A stretch of DNA of 64,000 bases from Octopus vulgaris. Taxonomy: Eukaryota. Under the pieces are notes generated by a model. The model was not told where the DNA came from. It ran no database searches and worked only from the letters and a program-made list of their open reading frames with translations. Location: positions 75,392,001 through 75,456,000 of the forward strand of contig OX597816.1 in the NCBI GenBank assembly GCA_951406725.2, given 5' to 3'. The translations under genes and the position numbers were made by a program. Shown here piece after piece: positions 25,674 through 36,900 of the stretch; positions within the stretch are counted from its first letter, which is position 1; every line of letters starts with the position of its first letter.

Positions 25674-25910
25674 TAAACAATTGAAGCGTGGAAGGTGTTT
25701 ATAAACCATTTAAGAAACACACAAAAACCGTTAGATTCACTTCAACATTTAAATTTAATTTGTCAAAATATTTTCATCGCTTTGAGACCGCGACCTGTTC
25801 ACTGACAAAATTCCGTGCTGACAAATTAAATTTAAATGTTGAAGTGAATCTAAAGGTTTTTGTGTGTTTCTTAAATGGCTTATAAATACCTTCCACGCTG
25901 CAATTGTTTA
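25674..25910. repeat. Fold-back element: 92-bp inverted arms (4 mismatches) around a 53-nt spacer
   Basis: 25674-25765 is the reverse complement of 25819-25910. Confidence 0.95.
25759..25809 (-). ncRNA. Minimal type-I hammerhead ribozyme-like motif, G3-C8 core variant
   Basis: - strand: TTTGTCA GTGAACA G GTCGC GGTCTCAAA GCGAT GAAA ATAT T T TGACAAA = 7-bp stem I, GUGAACA core, 5-bp stem II, GAAA, palindromic stem III, UH. Confidence 0.6.
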
Positions 25911-28508
25911 TTATTAAAAATTGGTATATCCAATTATGTTACACTGCTAAATTCAGTGGCTGTTTAAGCAATGCTTGGGATGGTTTAATGGTTTGGATCT
26001 AGTGCTGAAGGAGCATTAATTCCTGAAATATGCACACACACCCATTACCTATTTTTCTATCTTCGATTGCATTGTTTGCAGACACATTTATATATGAAAT
26101 GTCATAACTCTCAATGCTGGCACTAATTTCTATAGAAAATCTCTAATGATAATTTTAAAGTGATTCTACATTTTATACATTAAAATACTGTTGTATAAAA
26201 ATAATACTCTGCTATTTCAAATATTTTGAATATTCAGCAGACTTGTAAAAATTCTATGCTAAATCATGCAAAATAGCAGGCATCAATCCTACTTTTCCCA
26301 ACTTGAAAGTATTTAATATTGCTTAAGTATTTGTTACATTCTTAATATTTTATTTCCACTGCAATTAGTTTGGATTATTTAATTTCTGTTTTCAAGTGGT
26401 CACATTTAAATTTTGGCTTTTCTCCACAATTATAACTCTCTGTTTTAATTATGAAGACATAATCAAAACCCAATGTACATTCAAAATATTAGATATATTT
26501 TCTAAATCCTACAGTACATCAACTCATAAGAAAATTACAAATTGCCATTATCCCTAACCATGACATCTTTTCCCTCCATTCAGATGAGTCTGTTTCACAA
26601 AAATATTTTTTGTTTTTGTTGGTTTTTTTATCAGAATATATTTACAATTGAAAAAAAAAAAAAAAAAAATGACAAGTAGAACAATTTTTCTATCATAAAT
26701 TCAGTATATTGAATTTATTTCTTCGGTTGCTTTTATAAATTTCTATAAAAATTTATTGTTTGTTGATTAATTTACTTTAATTTTTTTTTTCATTTTCTTC
26801 ATATACCTTAACTAAACGCACATGTTGAAAATGGAGTGCTTTTAACATAATGTGCAACTTAATCTTCTTAATTCGATATCTGGAAAACAGATATTAGTAA
26901 GAAAGGCAATTATGCTAAAACTTTTACTATAATTTATAAATGAAATTACTCATTTATTTCTTCACCTCTTAATAATTTACTTAAATGCATTTAATATTAC
27001 TCTTCAAATTTTGAAACTGGAACCTGCACATTTCATTTCTTATAAATATATATATGTATATATCATCAAGGGCACATGGCTTGGTGGTTAGGGTGTTGCA
27101 TTCATGATCTAGTGATTGTGATTCCTAGACTGGGTGGTGCATTTTTTCTTGAGCAAAATACTTCACTTCGTGTTGCTCTGTGATCACTTTGACACTTGTG
27201 CACCTGTTCGGACAATGTCGATTTGATGGAGAGAGTGAGCTAATGTGCAGCATGGACATTTGATCACTATAAACAAATCATATGTGCAGGTCGTTCAGCA
27301 AAAGCTGAATGCTCATACATCATCTTCAACAGGAGAGTCCATCATATATATCATCACCATCATCATTTAACATCCATATCCCATGCTAGCATAGGTTGAA
27401 CAGTTCAGCATGATCTGTCTAACCAGAGGGCACCAACGTCCTCACTGACAAGGTGTCTTCAGCTAGGTGCCTTTCCTAGTGCTGTCACAGGAGAAGCACC
27501 CAGTACACTCAGTACAATGGTTGACCAGCCGTAGAAACTATGCCAAAGCAAATATTGGACACCTAGTGACACCAGCAGCATAAAAATTTAATAGGAAAAT
27601 GAAAACTATCATCATTCATTCATGTAGTAAACCAATAAATTTTAATTAATCAAAATCATAGCTTCAATAATCACATCATAATATCACCGTTTAAAGTCTG
27701 TTTTCCATGCTGGCATGGTTGGATGGATCAACAGGAGCTGACAAGCTAGAGGAATGTGCCAAACCCCAATATCTGCTTTGGCATGGTTTCTATGGCTGAT
27801 ACCCTTCCTGATAACAATCACTTAACAGAGTACATCAGGTGCTTTCTACATGACACTGGTACCAGTGAGGTCACAAGTAACTTGCAAGACAAGACTCAAC
27901 TGAGGGGTGTAACAGATGTCTTGCTGTAGAGGAAATACATGGTTAAGAAGAATTATTTTCTATATGGTTAATTTTAGAAGGCTATTTTAATGAACTGGTA
28001 CTTATTTTATGAACCCCAGTATGTGTTTATACTCAGAACAAGTAGGGATGTAACTAGGTACCCCACAGGCATTTTGTCTGTAGTTCTACCGATTCTGCCA
28101 AATAATAATTTACTATCATTTCAACATGATTTTAACATCTTTTTTCATACTCCATGGGTCATACAGAATTTCTTGACAGATTTTCTGTAACCTGATGCCC
28201 TGCCTATCACCAACCCTCACATGTTTCCATGTAGGGTAATATTTCTCCATGACTAGACACGTTTTCATGGAATACTGGAAATGAAAGATACTAACTGCAT
28301 GAGGGTGACACTTATCTACAGCTATTATGCAAAGTCAATACATGTAGACAGAAACACATACACACATATATACAATGGTCTTCTCTCAGTTTCCATCTAT
28401 CAAATCTACTCACAAGGTTTTGGTAGGTCAGTGATTGCAGAAGTAGACACTTGCCCAAAGAGTAAAAAAAGAAAAAAGAAACATGTTTTTACTACAAAAT
28501 GTTTAAAA

Positions 28509-28514
28509 TTTATT
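28509..28514 (-). terminator. Probable RFC1 polyadenylation signal AATAAA
   Basis: AATAAA on - strand about 155 nt after the stop codon, followed by a U-rich tract. Confidence 0.55.
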
Positions 28515-28667
28515 CAAATTATCCTCAATGAGGAGGGAAAAAAAAAAGAAAAAGAAGCAAAATTAATGTCAAATCAATGACAGCTTCAAAATGGAGCAAA
28601 CACATTTTGTTGCTGAAAACAATGTTCATGATTCAATAATCAAAAAGAATTAATTGAAAGGAGTCTG

Positions 28668-28763
28668 CTACAATGAGCTTTTAGACTGCCCTTTTCCTTT
28701 CCCTTTTCCTTTTCCCTTTCCTTTACTAACATCCGTCTTCTCAGAACTTTTGTTTGCAGACTT
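28668..28763 (-). CDS. RFC1: RFC1 terminal coding exon (KSANKSSEKTDVSKGKGKGKGKGKGQSKSSL*)
   Basis: ttgcag|AAG ... TTG TAG; 96 nt; KG-rich tail as in RFC1 C-termini. Confidence 0.9.
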   Translation of the reverse strand, partial: KSANKSSEKTDVSKGKGKGKGKGKGQSKSSL

Positions 28764-30894
28764 CTGCAAAAAGGAAAAAAAGAGATGAAAAATATCATTT
28801 TTAAGCTTCTCTCAGTCAATATCAATATATTTCAAATGTGGTAAATTGGCTGATCTAAGACAAAGAGCACAATTATACAATAGTCATCACTGCTTATGTT
28901 CTGATTCCACCCCACCCACACATTGTCAACTAATTTTCATTCCAACTAATTTGGCATAAATACTGGGGTTGATTCACTCAACTACATCCCACTCCTACAA
29001 GGAAATTTGTGCTCCAATTCTAATGTGAACATTTATTTATCAGTTCTCCACAGCAAACAGAATTTCTCTATCATAGCTATTTATAGTTTAGTAGATTGGA
29101 ACCAGCAATGGGTAAGTGTAATGGTCATCTACAAATGGGCATACTATAAACTTAGCTGACCAAAACTCTTGGAATCTTAGCATTAAAGAAAACTAGTTTA
29201 AAACATGAAAATAGGTTGGAAGGCAGGAAAAATAGGAGCAATGACGGCTAAATGGTCAAGGTGCAAGACTACTGATAATGATGTTATGAGTTCAAACTCT
29301 TAACCATTGATGGTATTTTGTCCTCATGTACTGTGTTACAATCTCTTTTATGATTCCATACAATACAGATAGGTATAACTTTAATAATTTGGCAATCATA
29401 ATACTAATCATGTTAAGAAATACTAATGTATTCATGTCAAAATGTTGAAACCAGCATAAATGTATTGTTAAACACATAACCACACCTGTGCCCAAATTGG
29501 ATACATGAAAATGAAACTCTAATGATTACCAGAAAATTACAATGAAGGTTACAATTCTCTTTGTTTCAACTTTCTGATATGAATAATTCAATAAGAGAGA
29601 GTGTAACACACTTAATTCTTATTCTCATATTAAATTAAATATTTTATCATCCAGAAGCAAGAAAACAGTCACTGCAAAGACAACTATGACTATTTTTACC
29701 TTTAGTAAGCTTAGTAGAAGTAAACATTCCTACCAAATCAGAATGTTAAGCTCTAACCACAAACAATATTTGCTGCAAGATTAAAAATGTTTATATATAT
29801 ACAACAGACTAGATCAACTGTTGTGAGCTAAAATTTTGCCTTTTTCTAATATTTTCAAAGGTGCCTAATCTAAATTAGATAAAATCGAATTCAACGTTTG
29901 TAAAGTATCTAAGCTTAAATTGAAGGGCATAATATCACTTAATATAATCATGGGTGTTTATCTGTGCCCAAATTGCACAGATACTTCCTTTCCAAAGGAT
30001 ATGCAACAAATAAGTATTTGGCTCATTGGAAACCTGTAACCAATGACATTATTTATTTTTGTATTTTGGGAATAATAATTATCCAAAAACAATGCTCATA
30101 ACAAAACTAATATATTTAAATATTTACATTCAATAGATTACATCACAAGTTCTAGGGCCAAAGAAATAATTATAATGTGATAGCAAAAGAGTTGAACTCT
30201 TTTTGATACCAACCCTTCTGAGATTGATCCTAATTCTATGTAATATTCCTCCTATCTAAATTAACCCTTTAGAATTCAGATTACTCAATCAAATGTAATA
30301 TTTATTCTTATTGTTTTGAGATTTCAATGATGTGATTGTTTATTTTTAGAATGACATAATAGGGTAGGTGTGGGAAGCCAAATCTGGCCAGTTTGAAAAT
30401 AAAGCAGGTAGAATATTTAGACCGGATATGGTTGCTTTAAATGCTAAAGGATTAAAACCTTCCTTCAAAATGTAATGTTAATTTATTTTCCAAAGACCAG
30501 CTTAATATCAACAAAGTTACTTTACTAAATTCTTCATTAATTTCAAAATGTATCTGAAACAAATGCAGTGTATTTCAACAGAAAAGATTAAAACAACACC
30601 AAGAACAAAAGTGGATTACCTTAATCATAGTATCTTTAGTAACATCACCATCAGAATCAGCATCTTCTCTGTCAGATGTTTGGTCTATTGTGCTTCCATC
30701 ACCAAATACATCATCACCTGCTGATTCAGCTTTGGCACGCTTCTTTGACACTGTTCCAGTAGCATATGGGGTCAGATGAGATTCTTTGTTATAACTCCGT
30801 GTGAATGCCGCCTTGGTCTAGTATGGTAAAAAGACAACATATTTTATTTGTATACATAGTCACAGAGTATAAAAATATCAGTATGAATTTGTGC

Positions 30895-30956
<62 letters not shown>

Positions 30957-33900
30957 ATAGATAAACATACATAATTATATATATATATACCCACCTCTCT
31001 CTCTCTACACACACACAGACGTATATATCAGGGTGTTCAAAAGTTCCTGGCTTTATGGGTATTGTGAAAGGCCTGGTTGGGGGCCCAAACTTCCAAGTTC
31101 TTTTACAGGACTTAGAAAACAGCGTAATAAGCATGTGAATTTGAGAAAGGAATACATTCAATAAAATCATAATTAACTGATCCTCCTGTATTTTCTTTTA
31201 CCCAAAGCCAGGAACTTTTCAGCACCCCAATGTATGGCTCCTGGTATACCTTCAGCCCAAAGAAAAATAATCACTGAATGCTGATTTGCTTTGGAACAAA
31301 AGGGGAGTGAAGGAGATTTGGTTAAAGTGATAATAATAATGACATAAATGACATTTCAGGTTTCAACCTACACTCTTGTAGCTGAACCATGTCAAGTGAT
31401 ATGCATTTTCATCATCATCATTTAAAGTCCTCTTTTCCGTGCTTGCATGGGTCAGATGGAATTTGTTGAGGTAGATGCCTTTCCTGTTGACAACTCTCAC
31501 CTGTTTCCAGGCAAGGTAATATTTCCCATGGCCAGGTATGTTTTACGTAAAAGACTGGAACTGAACAACCTCGCTTGCATTACTAAAGACTTGTGAGTAG
31601 ATTTGGTAGACAGAAACTGAAAGAATCCCATCATGTATGTGTATGTCTTCTGACCACCACTTGAAACTAGTGGTGGGCTGTTTACTTGTTGACAACTATC
31701 CCATGATGTCAAGACCAGAGGACACACAAGTATACACACACACACACACAAAAGACACAATAGGCTTCTTCCAGTTTCTGTCAACCAAATCCACTCACAA
31801 AGTTTTGATTAGCTTGGAACTAGAGTAGAAGACACTTGCCCAAGGTGCCTCAAAGTGGGAGTGAACCCAAAACCAAATGGTTAAAAAAGCAAGCTTCTTA
31901 TCCACACATCTACGCCAGTGCCTGTGCATACAACAGATTTTCTCATCAACACAAATATACATTATATATTTCAGGTAATTAATTATCTCCCTGCCATACA
32001 TTCACACACAAATGCATACTTCCATAAACCAAAGATGTAGACTTAGAATTTTAAATTAAGCCTTTCTATGGTAACTTTATTACCATGACTAAGTCCATCA
32101 AAATCTCATGTTACTCAATATAAACATTATCAAAAAGTTAACCATCTTCTCTTGCTCTGTCTCTTTCTTTCTCTCATATAAAAAGATGATCTCTCTTACA
32201 TTATTTACTTGATTTTGGCATCTACTGAACACACACACAAACTAATGTTTATAATCACATATGAACTGACATCCCACCCACTATTATCACCACTAGTGAA
32301 CTCCTGCAAAACCACACAACCAGCAAGAAACAGCAGTCAAGTCATTCCCAACCAACTTAAAGATACATATTAGCTAATCAGGTCAGAAGCACACTTTGCC
32401 ACAAAAAATGGAAAATGGTCGTGGCTAGTGTGTCCTTGATCATAGGTCGGCTCCATTAAGCTTGTCCAAATGTTTAACAACAATAATAACAATAATTATG
32501 ATAAGGCAAGAATACTTACAGCAGTAGTGAGGCTTTTGGTGTAATCCTTAGAATTAGGCCACTTGGTAATGTCCATTATATTGTCATAGTCTTCCTTAAG
32601 TAAATCATATTTGTCCATCAATGCAATGACTTCAGGTACACCCTCCTTTTGTTGCTCTTGTAGAGGTTTCACAAGGTGTTGCTGAAGACATGGTAGATAA
32701 TCCAGGTTGAGACCTCTTAAGTCTGCTGAAATACTGAATGGAAGAAACGGCAAAATATTAGGAGAATTATGCAGGCTCTGGGACAGACACTCTTTTATTC
32801 ATTTTTCTATGCTTGCCTGTTTACATGTATATATTATCAAGGCATAAGGCAGTGAGCTGGCAGACACATTAGCACGCCGGGTGAAATGCTTAACAGTATT
32901 TTGTCTGTCTTTATGTTCTGAGTTCAAATTCCACCGAAGTCGACTTTGCCTTTCATCCTTTCGAGGTCGATAAATTAAGTACCAGTTATGTACTGAGGTC
33001 GATCTAATCGACTGGCCTCTTCCCCAAAAATTTCAGGCCTTGTGCCTAGAGTAGAAAAGAATATTATCAAGGCATTGTTTTAGAGCCAGGTACCTTTCCT
33101 GCCACAATCTCTTATTTCACATAGCTTTGATGGCAAGAAGTGAACAAATGATTTGTTGACAGAAGTGACAATGACAACATTGTGTATTTGCAGACATTTG
33201 CACTCTACATAAGTCATGAGGTAAAGTGCAAATGTATATAAATACACAAACTCATAAACATACATACATACACACATATATTTTACTTATTTCAGTCATT
33301 GGACTGAGGTCACACTGGGAAAACCAACACTGGTTGTTAACTGGTGTTGGGAAACAAGCACAATCACACACACACACAAGCTTCTTTCAGTTTCCATCTA
33401 CCAAATCCACTTGCAATGTGCTGGTTGACCCAGGGCTATAGAAGAAAACACCTGGTCAAGGTGTCATACAGCAAGACTCAATCTGGAACCATATGATCAA
33501 GAGTAATATAATAGAAGGCATAGCAACATGTGTGAAAAAGTGTCACTGGCAGTAAAGTGATGGAGAGCACCCTATATTTAACCAAACGTCAGTCCAGGGT
33601 CACATATAATCAAAGAAAAGCTTCCTTCATCATCATCATCATCGTTTAACGTCCGCTTTCCATGCTAGCATGGGTTGGACGGTTCAACTGGGGTCTGGCA
33701 AGCCCGAAGGCTGCACCAGGCCAGTCAGATCTGGCAGTGTTTCTACAGCTGGATGCCCTTCCTAACGCCAACCACTCCGAGAGTTTTATGTTTTATTCTC
33801 CTTGAGGCCAACTAAGATGGACTATGTAGGACAAAAGAAACATTGACTTTAATATGCTTTCTAAACATCAACTAAGCATCATTCTTACTAGTCTGGAAAA

Positions 33901-36900
33901 GTTCTTGGTAGTGTTTCCACTACATTAAATATTTTTTAAAAATTTAGATATTGTTGAATATTCTTTTACTCACTTTAGTTTCATGTGACCTCCAAGTTCC
34001 TGTAAGATACGTTGGTTTTTGTTCTGAGATGAGTATTTCCCAAGCCAACTTGGGAAAGACACCATATAGTTAACACTGCCTCTCATATATTCACCGGGCA
34101 AAACACTAGCGTATACAGCCTACAAGTAAAAAATATATAAACTTATATACACACACACACACACATACATATATATAGGCATATAACACAGACAAAAATA
34201 AACAATTGCAGTAATTCAAACATCACATTAATGCTACATCACTGGGGTCAATATAATCAACTGTAACCTTCCCTAGCTCAGTTGCTTTCTAAATGTCATT
34301 CTTCAACATATTTTTTAAATGTTTTATGGTTACAATAGTTGGTTTTAGATAATACTACTTGATTAGGTGCAGCTATTTGAATACTAGCAATTTGGTATGG
34401 CTGACTGGACATTGAACCTGTTTTAACAACAGTACTTGTTGGCACTGGAAGCAAACACACACACACAGTATGTGTGTAGAAATATACACATACAGATAGA
34501 GAGAGAGATAAGCACGGCAATCTATTAACTGAACACAATTGACACAAGCACTTTTCCTCTCCTCATTCAGATAAAGAGAAATATACTCACATATAAACAG
34601 AGAGGAGGTAGAGAACAAGAGAAACTTGGAAACATCTAATGTCAAATAAGTCAGCATCAAATCAGTGAAGCCACAGAGACAAAGTGAAAAGAGTTGTGCC
34701 AAAATGTCTCATACCCTCAGTTCCATTTCAGTGAAGACAATCAACCATTCTAAAACTCAAGCGACTTTATAGCTAATTTGCACTCAGTTTATTGAATTGC
34801 ATTCTAAGCGAGGAATGGCAAAGTTATTAACAATAACAGAGTGAGAAGACACAGACATTGTGAAACACTTGAAAATAAGTTAGGATAACATTAATGTTGG
34901 TTGTGGTGATTTTACTAATGAATGAACAGGAGTAGAGGAAATATCTGTAGTGTTAAGGGAGGAAGAGTTGATTGTGGTGGCGGAACAGGAAAGTGTTAAA
35001 TTGGTAATAGCGGGAGAAATAGTAGCAGGAGAGGAGATTGAGTTGGTGTTAATGTAGCGAATAGTAGTATTGTTAGAGGAGCATGGTGGTGATGGTGGTA
35101 GGGAAGGTGAGCAAAATACTAACATAATAAAAAAAAAAAGTGGGGGAAAGAGTAGAATTAAATACTACAAACCAGAATTATTTATTCCAAAGGAAGTACT
35201 AAGTAATAAGAGGGAATATCCTGTACTTACCTCTACCGGAAGTAGAGTCCAGTTCTGTCTTTGGCGTATGAGCTTTTCAACAATATCTCCATCACAGATA
35301 CTGTTGGCTGCATGTGCTAACAGAGACAAATGTTTCGCTGTGTTTCCTCTATAACAACAAAAATAAAAGAAATCTGTAGGCATTTTTATTTTGATGTATC
35401 AAGTGTCAATTATAGCCCACTTAAAAAGTTTCATATACATTTTATTGTTAATAAATATAAAAATAAATGTTATATGTCTAAAGGTTCAGTGGTATGATAC
35501 TTAAAAAGGATATACACTGAGAGTTTAAAATACATGCCATCATTATATGCAATTCATTATTAATAAAAGAAATGATAATATTGATTATAAGTACAATTAT
35601 TAAGTTAAGGTCAGTTGTCTTTAATGGGTTGGTTGAGGTTGATGTAATCAACTAACACCAACCTGCTAAAATTTCTGGTCTTCTGCCTAAAATTTGAAAC
35701 CATTATAATCATTCTTCTTTTTATTATAATTATTATTATTACACTCTGAGTTGAAATTCCACCAATGCCGATTTTGCCTTTCATCCTATTTGGGGTCAAT
35801 GAAATAAGTACCAGTTGAGTACTGGGTCAATATAATCAACTATCCCCCTCTTCCAAATTTCAGGCCTTGTGCCTATAGTAGAAAGGATAATTAGAGTGTT
35901 GAACAATGTCTTGTTGCATTTGTTCCAGATTTTTATGTTCTAAGTTCAAATCCTACTGATGCCAACTTTGCCTTTCATCCTTACTGGGCCAATGGAATCA
36001 ATTTAATAAAACTGGCTCTCAACAGCCAAACTTGTATTCTTGTACTTATGTTTGAAATTATTATTATTATTATTATTATTAAGTAGTAGTAGTTGTAGTA
36101 AATTGGAAGAAAATGGATGGTATCAAAAGGGTTGACGTAATTTTCCTGAGCTAAGTTAGTGTAATACAATATATGACAAGGCTCTACCTTTGAATGAAGG
36201 TACAACCCAACCAATGAGCTTTCAGTTTCCACCTACCCAATTTCACTCCCAAAGCATGCATCAACCCAAAGCCAAGTAAAGACCTTTGCTTAACCCATTG
36301 CCTACCATGAGCCCCATTTGGGGATCTGCTAAAAAGAGTCTCACTGCCAGTTGTTCATTGTATTTAAAGTGAATTGCTTATGTACAGTGCACTTGCAGAG
36401 GTGTGTTTAATAAAATTTAGTAGTTAAAGTTTGTCATTATTAGCTCTGGTTAATTCTAGAGGACATTTTATGTTATAAATTGCAAGTTTTGAACTACAAA
36501 AATATTGACTGTTTTGAAAACGTTTTTTTTTCTTTTTGCATTTCCCATCTATATCATTCATTGATATTTCATACACATTCACATTTGATATTATAGTTTA
36601 AAAAAAAACTAAAATATTCATTATCACAATTGAATAGAAATGGGTGAATATGCTTTTTTTTCAGCGATCCCCATTTGAGACTTCTGGAAAAATTTATAAT
36701 TTTCAAAATAATTCACATATGAAGATTTAAATGCTATATATTATTTTAACTCCTAAGACACCTGGCAAAGCCAAAAAATATGAATAAAAAATTTGGCAGT
36801 TAATAGAATCAAACACAGATTCAAATTCTTAGCCATTCAGCCATGTTTGCATTCAGTTATCAGATTAGTTTCATTATGCTTGAAGTTATGGTGATAACTA

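Noticed and set aside
28689-28725. Link to the human RFC1 AAGGG (CANVAS) repeat
   Set aside because: Here the purine repeat is coding (Lys-Gly) in the last exon; the human repeat is intronic and Alu-derived, so this is coincidence.
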